A stretch of 63,926 bases of DNA, counting the filler, from Octopus bimaculoides (lineage: Eukaryota), in assembly GCF_001194135.2 (NCBI RefSeq). It is 5 parts of 5 records of this genome, joined end to end, with 100 filler letters (N's around TTAATTAATTAA, not from the genome) between each part and the next. Parts side by side here need not be neighbours in the genome. Positions count along the whole stretch, not along the records: positions 1 to 26,853 come from NC_068994.1; 4 more parts are not named here. One strand, written 5' to 3'. Made by a program: the position numbers and the translations under genes. Each line of letters begins with the position of its first letter. Within the stretch, counting starts at the first letter, position 1. Shown piece by piece: positions 13,178 to 25,337 of the stretch. Under the pieces are notes generated by a model. That model searched no databases and had not been told where the DNA came from. It saw only the letters and a program-made list of their open reading frames with translations.

Positions 13178-13655
13178 TCTCCAGCAGTCCTTGTCCCTCA
13201 TCATCACTGCCATATCCTGCATCTCCCAGAGACCAGTGTTTGTCCTTAGAGCAGCAACATATGCCATCCTCAGTCTCTCTCTTTTAGTGTATTCCTGTAG
13301 GGGATCCCACAGGAGCACTGAGTGCAGTATATCAACTCTGAATGATCGTGAGCATGTCTAACTAACCTCAGTCTCCTCTATGTTATTTTTGAACTAACTT
13401 TTGGGAAATCCTCATACTGCTCTAAGTTCTTCACCCTCAGTGTATACTGATTAATGCTCAGAGCCATCCTCAGCATTCTCATGTAGCATCCACCCACCAT
13501 CTGAGTGAGTTTATTGCTCAGTGCCCAAGTCTCAGATCCGTACAACAGCTCAGACTCCACTGCAGCAATGAAGAGATGGATCTTCAGGTCTTTACGAAGG
13601 ATTGACTTCCATAAAGATCTCAAACTGTGGTATGCCACCCAGGCTTTGCTCTTCC
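13178..13655 (-). mobile_element. RTE-clade LINE fragment (RT C-terminal region)
   Basis: KIHLFIAAVESELLYGSETWALS...GCYMRMLR...RRLRLVRH resembles the LLYGxETW/RRLR motifs of RTE-type ORF2. Confidence 0.8.
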
Positions 13656-13679
13656 TCCATGTATGCATATGGATGTATG

Positions 13680-13737
<58 letters not shown>

Positions 13738-14651
13738 CATGTATGAATATATATACTTATATATATGTATGTATATATTATATGTATATATGTNNNNNNN
13801 NNNNNNNNNNNNNNNNNNNNNNNNNNNNNNNNNNNNNNNNNNNNNNNNNNNNNNNNNNNNNNNNNNNNNNNNNNNNNNNNNNNNNNNNNNNNNNNNNNNN
13901 NNNNNNNNNNNNNNNNNNNNNNNNNNNNNNNNNNNNNNNNNNNNNNNNNNNNNNNNNNNNNNNNNNNNNNNNNNNNNNNNNNNNNNNNNNNNNNNNNNNN
14001 NNNNNNNNNNNNNNNNNNNNNNNNNNNNNNNNNNNNNNNNNNNNNNNNNNNNNNNNNNNNNNNNNNNNNNNNNNNNNNNNNNNNNNNNNNNNNNNNNNNN
14101 NNNNNNNNNNNNNNNNNNNNNNNNNNNNNNNNNNNNNNNNNNNNNNNNNNNNNNNNNNNNNNNNNNNNNNNNNNNNNNNNNNNNNNNNNNNNNNNNNNNN
14201 NNNNNNNNNNNNNNNNNNNNNNNNNNNNNNNNNNNNNNNNNNNNNNNNNNNNNNNNNNNNNNNNNNNNNNNNNNNNNNNNNNNNNNNNNNNNNNNNNNNN
14301 NNNNNNNNNNNNNNNNNNNNNNNNNNNNNNNNNNNNNNNNNNNNNNNNNNNNNNNNNNNNNNNNNNNNNNNNNNNNNNNNNNNNNNNNNNNNNNNNNNNN
14401 NNNNNNNNNNNNNNNNNNNNNNNNNNNNNNNNNNNNNNNNNNNNNNNNNNNNNNNNNNNNNNNNNNNNNNNNNNNNNNNNNNNNNNNNNNNNNNNNNNNN
14501 NNNNNNNNNNNNNNNNNNNNNNNNNNNNNNNNNNNNNNNNNNNNNNNNNNNNNNNNNNNNNNNNNNNNNNNNNNNNNNNNNNNNNNNNNNNNNNNNNNNN
14601 NNNNNNNNNNNNNNNNNNNNNNNNNNNNNNNNNNNNNNNNNNNNNNNNNNN

Positions 14652-14988
14652 GATGCACCATTTTGAGCGTGGCCGTTGCCAGTACCGCCTGACTGGCTCC
14701 TGTAGGATTTTCGAGCGAGATCGTTGCCAGTGCCCCTGGACTGGCTTGTGCGGGTGGCACATAAAAGACACCATTTCGAGCGTGGCCGTTTTCGTGCGGG
14801 TGACACGTAAAAGCACCCACTACACTCTCTGAGTGGTTGGCGTTAGGAAGGGCATCCAGCTGTAGAAACTCTGCCAAATCAGACTGGAGCCTGGTGTTGC
14901 CATCCGGTTTCACCAGTCCTCAGTCAAATCGTCCAACCCATGCTAGCATGGAAAGCGGACGTTAAACGATGATGATGATGATGATGAT
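14652..14988 (+). mobile_element. Retroposon 3' end, family E, (GAT)n tail
   Basis: GGTTGGCGTTAGGAAGGGCATCCAGCTG...GGAAAGCGGACGTTAAACGATGATGAT; near-identical inverted copy at 16883-17393. Confidence 0.8.
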
Positions 14989-15467
14989 ATGAAAAGAACT
15001 ATAAATTCAGTTCATGATAAATAAAACTGCAGTAGAATAACATTTAACAATGTTTTTATGTGTGCTGATCAATAAATCAATGTTGCTGTGACAAATTACA
15101 CAAACCATTATAAATAATTGTGTATACGATATAATACATGATACATAGCTTTGATTTCAGTGGCATGGAAAAATAATAGACACACAGACAAAAATAAAAT
15201 ATTACTAAATTCAAAAGAGTGAATGAAGATGGATACAAGATTTTACATTGAGTTACATATTTACGTGCAAATGTACACATATGCATATGTATGTATGTAT
15301 GCATGTATGTATGTATGTATGTATGTATGTATGTATGTATGTATGTATGTATGTGTGTATGTATGTATGTGTGTATGTATGTATGTATGTGTGTGCGTGT
15401 ATGTATATATGTATGCATGCATGTATGTGTGTATTTGGTTGTACATGTGTGTGTGTATGCATGGATG

Positions 15468-15521
<54 letters not shown>

Positions 15522-15574
15522 GATGGATGGAGGGATAGACATGTGTATGTACGTGTGTATGTATGTCATCGTTC

Positions 15575-16685
15575 AGTTTTATTTCAAGATTTCTTGTCAA
15601 TAGAGAACAAGTCTCCAATAATTACAAGTATAAACCTGAACTTGTAATCTAGATAGAGTAACTGCAGATCTCTCAATAGTTCAGCGTAGGTATTCTCTTT
15701 TGCATTGACCTTGAGCTTTATGTTAACATCTGCTGGGCAGCTAACTTCCACAACTGTGCACAGTTTCTCTTTTCTATCCCAAATCATTATATCAGGTCTG
15801 TTATGCTTACATTTTATTGAGGTCTTCACTGGGACATTCTACCAGTACTCCTTTTTATTATGAGTGGCTATGGCTTCTACTATATTGTGGGTTCTTATTT
15901 CTTTGTTCTTGGGGGTTATTCTTCTGATAGATTTCATTATCGAGTGTCCTAGCTACAACATCATATCTCATCGGTAGATAATACCATGATCACATTTTCT
16001 GACAACTGCTTATGATATAGGTAATATCTTCAGTATTAACTCCACAAAGTCTGCATCAGTTGTCATATTTTATTGCTGTTCTTGCATCTCTATCCCTTTT
16101 GTGCATCAGGTACTTGGTTTATATTTCCTGTTCCTGGATTGTGAACACATACCCTTCAAAGTGGGAGGTAGTAATCCAGCTATTGGTCCATGATAAACTG
16201 CTTTGATGATCGATGTTACTACCATCACGAAGCTTTCTACTAACATATCCATGCATAGTCTTCTGCTCATATAGGCTCATCCTTTCATCTGATGAGACAT
16301 TGCAGTAGAGTCATGCAACTTCTTTGGGCATGTATTCTAGGTTATTAGACAAAGAATGTTGCTCAAGGAGCTGCCTGTCAAGTCTTATGATGTTATCAGC
16401 CTCATGTATGCAAACTTGGTCAAGGGATGCACTTCAACACTTGGTAGTTAAAAGATATTGCCGAAGGGATATGATGTGACATTCAAGAGCATTTTGGATC
16501 AATGTTAAGCCTCTGCCGCCTTGTTTTCATTTTAGGTAGAGATGGTCTGTGTCACTGTTGATGTGTGCTTGTATTTTTCATGTTTTCACATCAATGGCTC
16601 GGATCTCATCAAGCGTCCAATCAAACAGCCGAAATGTTGGTATGAGTACTGGCACTGCAAGCACATTGTGGGCCACTGTTTTATC
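15575..16685 (-). mobile_element. R4/Dong-like non-LTR retrotransposon 3' fragment (RT end, CCHC knuckle, RLE endonuclease)
   Basis: KQGGRGL, CRLCGVNTEDIT...SSC, HNRPDIMIWDRKEKLCTVVEVSCPADVN (PD-(D/E)xK); multiple stops. Confidence 0.85.
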
Positions 16686-16882
16686 AAATGCAGAGAGTTT
16701 TGAGGTCTAAATTTTTTTTATTTGGCTGTTTGCATGTATGAATGTATGTATGTATGCATGTATGTATGTTTGCATGTATGTTTGCATGTATGTATATATA
16801 TGTATGTATGTTTGCATGTATGTATATTTGCATGCATGTATATTTGTTTGTTTCCTTTTGTTGTTGAATTCTTTTTTTTTTT

Positions 16883-17393
16883 ATCATCATCATCATCATC
16901 ATCATCGTTTAACGTCCGCTTTCCATGCTAGCATGGGTTGGACGATTTGACTGAGGACTGGTGAAACCGGATGGCAACACCAGGCTCCAGTCTAATTTGG
17001 CAGAGTTTCTACAGCTGGATGCCCTTCCTAACGCCAACCACTCAGAGAGTGTAGTGGGTGCTTTTATGTGTCACCCGCACGAAAACGNNNNNNNNNNNNN
17101 NNNNNNNNNNNNNNNNNNNNNNNAAAACGGCCACGCTCGAAATGGTGTCTTTTATGTGCCACCCGCACAAGCCAGTCCAGGGGCACTGGCAACGATCTCG
17201 CTCGAAAATCCTACGGGAGCCAGTCAGGCGGTACTGGCAACGGCCACGCTCAAAATGGTGCATCTCATGTGCCACCCGCACAAGAGCCAGTCCAGGGGCA
17301 CTGGCAACGATCTTACTTGGCTTGCCGGGTCTTCTCACGCACAGCACATTTCCAAAGGTCTCGGTCAGTAGTCATCGCCTCGGTGAGGCCCAA
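16883..17393 (-). mobile_element. Retroposon 3' end, family E
   Basis: Reverse complement of 14652-14988 plus extra 5' sequence. Confidence 0.8.
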
Positions 17394-17878
17394 TTTATGC
17401 TGGTAAAAATAAATTCTTAGAAATTGTGAGCAAGAAATAAAATGAAATAAGATTAGTTTAACAAGTTACTTCAGTAATTCATTCATATTTGCCAATATAC
17501 ATTGTGTAAGCAGTCTTGTCAAATATTATCAGACACTTTCTGATTTTCATAGAATATGTACCAAATTGTCATTGATATACGTAGAAGATACAAGAAATAG
17601 ACACTTGAACTTGAGATTACATGAATATGAATAAAGAGAAGTGATAACAAAGCTATATCCTGCAATATATATTGACATAACCATATAAGAGTATTTTTAG
17701 AAATTCTCTGTTGAATCAATCTGTTTAAAAGCACATCTATTTCAACAATATTCGTGTACGTTCAGCTCTCAGCAGGTCAAGTTTGTGCTGCAAGTTTCAT
17801 CCATAATTAACATCTTTACATGACAAAATTATATTGTAACTTACTTGTGGTATCTGGAATTAATAGCCAAAGTGTTGT

Positions 17879-17980
17879 GTGTGTTGGCACTCCGTCGCTT
17901 ACGACATCGAGGGTTCCAGTTGATCNNNNNNNNNNCCGCGAGTCCGCTGCCCTAACCACTGGGCCATTGCGCCTCCACAA
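17879..17980 (-). mobile_element. SINE family B head joined across a gap to tail 2
   Basis: Head matches 37989; tail matches the 3' end of 34937-35167; 10-N gap between. Confidence 0.7.
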
Positions 17981-18257
17981 ATAGCCAAAGTTGTTAAGAG
18001 CCTTCAGACAGATTACTCAACTGGTCAGCCTTGACTATGATGCACGGCATCTAATAACTACTTCTAATTCAGACACAAAGTTAGCAATTTTGAGGAGAGG
18101 GATTAGATAATGTCACTGACCCCAGTATTTGGCTGGTACTTTATTATGTTGATGCCGGAGGGATGAAAGGTAAAGTTGACCCCTGTGAGATTTGAACTCA
18201 GAAAGTATAGAATCATAACAAATACTGCAAAACGGTTTTTTCTGATGTTTGATCCTT

Positions 18258-18440
18258 TAGCATTTAAACCCCTCAGATTTAGCCCAAATATTTTACAGTT
18301 TTTATACTCAAACTGGCCAGATTTGGCTGAAATATTCTATCTGTTTTAAGTTTAAACCAGCCAGATATGAACCAAATATTTTGCCTGTTTTATGTTCAAA
18401 CTGGCCAGATCTGGTCCAAATATCCTATTTCTACAATGTT
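18258..18440. repeat. Minisatellite, ~4 units of ~43 bp
   Basis: Unit approx. TTCAAACTGGCCAGATNTGGNCCAAATATTNTNCCTGTTTTATG. Confidence 0.75.
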
Positions 18441-18879
18441 CAAATCAACACGATTCAGTCTCTCACACCTTTCACACGTTCGAGTCCCATGGCTGGCCAG
18501 TAGAGTATTTTTCTGCAATAAATGGATAATTTATCCTGATCACGCTATTTATAGCATTATCACGCGTTTGAGAATAAATTTATTTCTGTATCATATATAT
18601 ATATACATATATATNNNNNNNNNNNNNNNNNNNNNNNNNNNNNNNNNNNNNNNNNNNNNNNNNNNNNNNNNNNNNNNNNNNNNNNNNNNNNNNNNNNNNN
18701 NNNNNNNNNNNNNNNNNNNNNNNNNNNNNNNNNNNNNNNNNNNNNNNNNNNNNNNNNNNNNNNNNNNNNNNNNNNNNNNNNNNNNNNNNNNNNNNNNNNN
18801 NNNNNNNNNNNNNNNNNNNNNNNNNNNNNNNNNNNNNNNNNNNNNNNNNNNNNNNNNNNNNNNNNNNNNNNNNNNNNNN

Positions 18880-18966
<87 letters not shown>

Positions 18967-19673
18967 TTTATGTATGTATGTATGTATGTATGTAAATATA
19001 TATATAGAGAGAGAGAGAGTGAGAGAGGGGGGAAGAGAGAAAGAGAGGTAGGGAGGGAGAGAAAGATAGAATGATAGATAGCCAGAAACATTCAATGCTT
19101 GAGGGAAAGAAAGTAAGTAGTTATGATAAAGAAAGAGAAATAAAAATGAGACACAAAGAAAGAAAGAAACAGAAGGAAAAGAGAGAAACAGAAAAGAAAA
19201 ATAACCAGAAAGAGAGAGGTGGGAAGAGAGGGAAAGAGTGGCAGGTGTCTTCTCACTCACCGTCACCACCATCACCACCACCTCTACTAACCATCTCAGT
19301 GAAAAACTATACAGATGTGGTCTTATATTACAAGACATGACTAGGATATCAGCTACCACAGAACTGCTTCTTATTTGGTTGCAACAGTTTAACTATGGAA
19401 CTTGTGGTAACACAATGTCAGACATAGCTAGAGGTTTGACGGAACACAAGGAAATGTAAATAGTCTAGAATCATGGAACTGTGTGATATTTTTAAGTGGA
19501 GATTTCCATTCGGAATTAAGAGAACTCTCTTAGATTCAGGGTGAGATTTTTGAGTAGTTTGATGGGGCAGAAGCATGCATGGTCGATTAAATCAACTGTA
19601 TGGTTGCTCTGCTTACTAGAAATAACAGTTAGATCTCCTTCAAATTGCACTGTATTGTTCTTCGATAAGGCGC

Positions 19674-19829
19674 AGGAGTGGCTGTGGTAAGTAGCTTGCT
19701 TACCAACTACATGGTTCCGGGTTCAGTCCCACTGCGTGGCACCTTGGGCAAGTGTCTTCTACTATAGCCTCGGGCCGATCAAAGCCTTGTGAGTGGATTT
19801 GGTAGACGGAAACTGAAAGAAGCCTGTCG

Positions 19830-19860
<31 letters not shown>

Positions 19861-20077
19861 GTGCGTGTGCTTGTGTGTCTGTTTGTCCCCCCAACATCGC
19901 TTGACAACCGATGCTGGTGTGTTTACGTCCCCGTAACTTAGCGGTTCGGCAAAAGAGTCTGATAGAATAAGTAGTAGGCTTACAAAGAATAAGTCCTGGG
20001 GTTGATTTGCTCGACTAAAGGCGGTGCTCCAGCATGGCCGCAGTTGAATGACTGAAACAAGTAAAAGAGTAAAAGAG
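19674..20077 (+). mobile_element. SINE family A, full-length reference copy
   Basis: AGGAGTGGCTGTGGTAAG head, GGTTCAGTCCC B box, internal (TA)/(TG), GTAAAAGAGTAAAAGAG tail. Confidence 0.92.
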
Positions 20078-20524
20078 ATAAAACAAAAAGCCCAAACAAG
20101 GTGGGGAATGGCATGAGGGAAATTTTCTGCAGTCAGGTGCCCTTCTTGTTGTCAACCCACATGGCTGTGTGGTTAAGAAGCTCACTTTGCAACTACATGG
20201 TTTTGAGTTCAGACCCACTGCTTGGGACCTTGTTTACAAGGGTGTAAACAAAGCAACACTAGTTGTCAAGTGGTGTGGAAGGTGCAGATATAAATATAAA
20301 GACACACATGTAATTATATATACATACATACATACATACATACGTACGTACGGATGTATGCATGCATGCATATATGTATGTATGTGTGTATGTATGTATG
20401 TATGTATGTATGTATATATGTATTTTCAGTTATTATTTGGTAAAAGGTTCCTAACACTAGCTGAATGTTAACTAAGTCATTTTACTAAATTCTTTGTTGT
20501 ATTTAAAGTAATTGAAAGAAACAC

Positions 20525-20845
20525 AGAACATCTCAAAATAAATACAGTAACGAAAGGGTTAAGAGGTCTCAGATTGGTACTACAGACCTGTGTTTGCAAT
20601 GTTGTAGGAAAGAATCACAAGACAAGTTCTTCAATCTGAACTAACCGGCAGGAGAGCTTGGGACAGACTTAGTATAAGATGGCTGGATAGTATCGATAGA
20701 CTCAGTCACAATTGGGAATCCAGCAGGTAACTGTAATGATGATTGCCTCAGATAAGACCCTATGGAGGAAGGTGCCTGAGGACTTTACCCCCATGACCCT
20801 CTCAGGAATAGTAGGCAGAGAAAATGGATGGATGGATGGATAGAT
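20525..20845 (+). mobile_element. RTE-like LINE 3' terminus
   Basis: Degenerate RRLRW...GRR...RWLDSI-type coding remnant ending in a (GGAT)n tail. Confidence 0.6.
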
Positions 20846-21200
20846 TATCCATCAATCTCATCTCTCCAATGAGGGGAGTAGTTATAAGTTAGTCAGTAGC
20901 ACAGTTTGAACCAAGAATATTAACAAAGCCAAACATCATGATGTATTTATAATTCAAGTCTCTACTATCAGAGCCAATTCCATCACAATTATTCTCAGAA
21001 ATCTCACAAGTCTACATGAGGGCATCTATATGGTTACATGAGCTACTAGAAATAGCAGCCAAATCTTCTTCAAAATGATATTTCACTTTCCTACAGAAAC
21101 GGACACATGGGATAATGTAGTCTTACATGTGTCTAAAAAGACTAGATTGTCATAAATGGAATGCCTTTGATAATAGATATGCTTTATCAGAGTTGCCATG

Positions 21201-21237
<37 letters not shown>

Positions 21238-21781
21238 CTCAAAATATTGATTCATAACATTGGGATATGTTATTTCGAGGATGGTTTCAGTCATTAAAGT
21301 TGGCCCCAGGATATTAAATGGTACACGTTTTATCATTGAATGACCCCTGGAAGAATGACATTCAAAGGCAACCTTGTTGGGATTTGAATTCAGAACACAT
21401 GGCTTCATAACAAAATACCACAAGGCAATTTGGTTGATACATTACCAATTCTGCTGTTTCTCTCTTTGGTTAAACTATTAATGTTTAATTGATAGAGAAG
21501 TTCTTAACAGATGCTACCATCATTTTTGTTGTTGTTGTTGCTGAGAATGACTGTAACTATGACAACAGTGATGAAATATTTATAGTTCACTTACATCTTC
21601 AGCAGCATTGTCTATCATTCAGTCCAAAACAGTGTCAAAGTGTTCTAGCTTAATTCTTCAGTTAGTTTTAATGATCACCATAAAGCCTCAACTGGAGCAC
21701 CGTTTTCAGCTTGACAAAAAAAAAAAAAAATTTTTTAACTCAAAAAAATTAAAAGAAATGGTTAGAAAATAAGGATTTTCT

Positions 21782-22010
21782 AAGGCGGCAAGCTAGCAGA
21801 AACATTAGCACATCGGGCTAAATGCTTAGCAGTATTTTGTCTGCTGTTATGTTCTGAGTTCAAATTCCGCCGAGGTCGACTTTGCCTTTCATCCTTTCGG
21901 GGTCGATAAATTAAGTACCAGTTATGCACTGGGGTCAATGGAATCGATTTAATCCCTTTGCCTGTCCTTGTTTGTCCCCTCTATGTTTAGCCCCTTGTGG
22001 GCAATAAAAA
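21782..22010 (+). mobile_element. SINE family D, full length (possible Meta-domain SINE)
   Basis: AAGGCGGCAAGCTAGCAGAA head, GAGTTCAAATTCC B box, CGAGGTCGACTTTGCCTTTCATCCTTTCGGGGTCGATAAATTAAGTACCAG core, A-rich tail. Confidence 0.85.
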
Positions 22011-22639
22011 AATTTAAAAAATTAACAAAAAAGAAAAAAAAATTAACAAAAAAAAAAGAAAGAAAATAATGATTTTCTAACTTTGTCATCACAAGACCTT
22101 TCCTTACAATTTATACATTTTCAGGAGAGGAGGAAGCAGAATACTGACTCTCACTAGACTGCTCAAAGGTCTATTGAGTCAACCTCAGTATATTACTGAT
22201 ACTAATTTGATAAAGGTAAATTTGATCCATGGTCAGATATGAGCTTAGAATGTAAAGAGCTTAACCTCCCTTGAGTCCTACCAAGTCATTCTTTCAAGAG
22301 ATTATTTTGTGGATTGGCAGAACTATTAGAACATTGGACAACATGTCTAGCCAGTATTTTACTGTTACAACCCTTTATATTCTGAGTTCAAATCCAACTG
22401 ATTTCAGCTATGTCCCTCATCCTTCTCTAGTCAATAAAATAATGTACCAATCAATCAATGGGCTGATTTATATTCCTATAATGCATCTTAGATATGAATG
22501 ACCTTATAATCCTTTTACTGTAAGTACAAGCTTGATATCCGGGGTGAGGGGACTGCTCGATTACATCGACCCCAGTGCTCATTTTGATTGATACACTAAA
22601 AATTCTTCCAGCTTGATACCTTCCGCCATTATAAGAATG

Positions 22640-22815
22640 GTTTCAGATTTTAGCACAAGGCCAGCAATTTAGGAGGAAGGGGTAAGTCAATTACATCAGC
22701 CCCCAGTACACAGCTGGTACTTAATTAATCAACCCTGAAAGGATGAAAGGCAAAGTCAACCTCAGGAGAATTTGAACTCAGAACGTGAAAATGGACAAAA
22801 TACTGCTAAGCATTT
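22640..22815 (-). mobile_element. SINE family D
   Basis: Reverse complement of the family D core. Confidence 0.75.
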
Positions 22816-22819
22816 CACT

Positions 22820-23119
22820 CAAGCGTCTTCTACCATAGCTTCGAGCCTACCAAAGCCTTGTGAGTGGATTTGTTAGACGGAAACTGAAAGAAGCCCGTCG
22901 CACATATGTATATGTATATATATATCTAAGTGTGTTTGTGTGTCTGTGTTTGTCCCCACAACATCACTTGACAACCGATGCTGGTGTGTTTACGTCCCTG
23001 TAAATTAGCAGTTCGGCAAAAGAGACCGATTGAATAAGTACTAGGCTTACAAAGAATAAGTCCTGGGGTCGATTTGCTTGACTATATACATATATATATA
23101 CGTATTTATGTATATATGC

Positions 23120-23177
<58 letters not shown>

Positions 23178-23642
23178 GAAGGTTTGAAAATGCACCCACT
23201 TTTCAAAAACATTCATTTACCTAACCGGCTTCACCTTTCTTTTTGTTGATGTTGAAATTCCAATGAAGAAGCCTTGAATCTACGTTAGAAACCGACTTTT
23301 TCTCTATTGGCAAGAAATAATCACTGCGGCAAGAACATCAACTCCACTTCAGGTGAAACTTGAAATTTTCTTCTGCATCACTTTGTCAATAAAACAAGAA
23401 TAATCATTTGATTGTAAATTGCTTCGTGAGTAATTTCATTAACCATACTTTTAGGTCGGAATTATGACCTCACTTTCTTTGAAATGACAAAATATGCTGA
23501 TCGGACATGATATCAGTATATATATAATGTTAGTTATGACCAAGTAGTGGGATACTCTTGGCAGAACTCTGAATAAGTCTAAAAGCCGGTGCTCCAGCAT
23601 GGCCGTAGTCAAATGACTGAAACAAGTAAAAGAGTAAAAGAG
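22820..23642 (+). mobile_element. SINE family A split by a ~500-bp insertion
   Basis: Body 22820-23084 stops at GTCGATTTGCTTGACTA; tail resumes at ~23586 GCCGGTGCTCCAGCATGG. Confidence 0.7.
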
Positions 23643-24104
23643 AGTGTTCTATCAATTCTCCCAGCTCACTGCTTTCACCATCCTAATAATGAAAACATTA
23701 ATTATTTTATCAAATCACCCTAAGTGCTCTTGATTATTTTCAAAGTTAATTGAAACATACATGCAGCATATTTCAACTGAAATAGGATCACAGAATGGTT
23801 AAACATGCAATTATTATCTAACAAGTTTTGCATGCATAACGGTTTAAGACACTATCTTTTTTAGCTTTTGTCAAAAATTCACATCCGTGTTTCCACTCTT
23901 CTCAGTTGATTTATGCTAACTTATTTTTTTCTTTGGTTGTCCAATTATATTTCACTTGACTCATTTTGATTTTGAAGTCCTCCATATGAAACAGGCTAAT
24001 TTTAGGCATGATGAGACTTGATTCGGAGTATCACATCGCTGTTGGCTAATATGACCAATTAGCACATTCATTAGAGCATCAAATAAATTGCTTTGTGGTA
24101 ATCA

Positions 24105-24445
24105 TTCCAGTTTGCCTTTCATCCTTTCAGGGTCGATTAAATAAGTACCAGTTACGCACTGGGGTCGATATAATCGACTTAATCCGTTTGTCTGTCCTTG
24201 TTTGCATCCTCCGTGCGTAGCCCCTTGTGGGCAGTAAAGAAATAAGAACCGTTAGCATGGCGATCAAAATGTTAAGCAGCATTTCCTCCATCTTCACGCT
24301 TTGAGTTCAAATTCTACCAGGGTTGACTTTGCCTTTCATTCTTTTGGGGTTGATAAATTAAGTACCAGTGAAACACTTGGGCTGATGTAATCAACTAGTC
24401 CCCTCTCCCTCAAAATTTCAGGCCTTGTACCTTTAGTAGAAAGGA
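24105..24445 (+). mobile_element. Two tandem SINE family D pieces with different 3' ends
   Basis: Core repeated at ~24110 and ~24320. Confidence 0.75.
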
Positions 24446-24618
24446 TTATTCTTTTAATTATTACCATTATTGTTACGGCTACCATTGTTGTTATCTGCAT
24501 TGTCACTCAGAAGGTAAAGAGACATTAGTAAATACAGCCAGTCACTTATTTCAGCTGATGTTCCACTGATTCTGCCATCTACCACCTTTAATGTAATGAC
24601 AATAACAATGACAACAAC

Positions 24619-24730
24619 CACGTGTCTGTGGAATGCTCAGCTACTTGCACATTAATTTCACGAGCAGGCTGTTTCGTTGACCGGATCAACTGGAACCCTC
24701 GACGTCATAAGCGACGGAGTGCCAACACAA
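24619..24730 (+). mobile_element. SINE tail 2 fragment
   Basis: CACGTGTCTGTGGAATGCTCAG...CGACGGAGTGCCAACA. Confidence 0.8.
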
Positions 24731-25337
24731 TGACAACAACAGCAAAAACAACAATAACAAGCAGGACAATATCAACAGCCATGATGATGATGATGATGAC
24801 AATAGCAATGACGACAATGAGAACGATGATGGTGGTAGTGGTGGTGGTGGTGGTGGTGATAATGATGATGGCTCCTTAAATGCCATGATGGCATCATAAA
24901 ATACTTTACGTTAGAAGAGATTATCATTAAAAAAAAACCGACAGTATGATACAAAATTGATGAGAAAACAGTGTTGGACTTGTAGATAGCTATAAACGAA
25001 AGAGCATCAAATAGAGAATGTATGCTTATGTGTACATACATACACATAGATATACTTAACCACAATACCAACATACATAAATACACATGCACATATATAT
25101 ACATTTATATATGCATACAAATACATACAAACATATATACATCCATTCATACGTAACTACATATACACATACTTTGTGGATGACACTGGCTATCCTGCTC
25201 ATAACTACATTCCAGTCCCTATCCACCTGGAGAGATGTAGTCTGAATAAAACACTAAGTATGTCAGTTTGGACCTTCAGTCCAATTCCCCTTGATGGGGG
25301 AAACACAGTCTATGAATACAGATCAGTTGCTCATAAA

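Noticed and set aside
13378-17420. MKPDGNTRLQS... ORF appearing twice
   Set aside because: Antisense translation of family E repeat copies.
23250-23300. ATGAAGA-AGCC...GAAACCG hammerhead-like string
   Set aside because: C3 is missing and stems do not pair.
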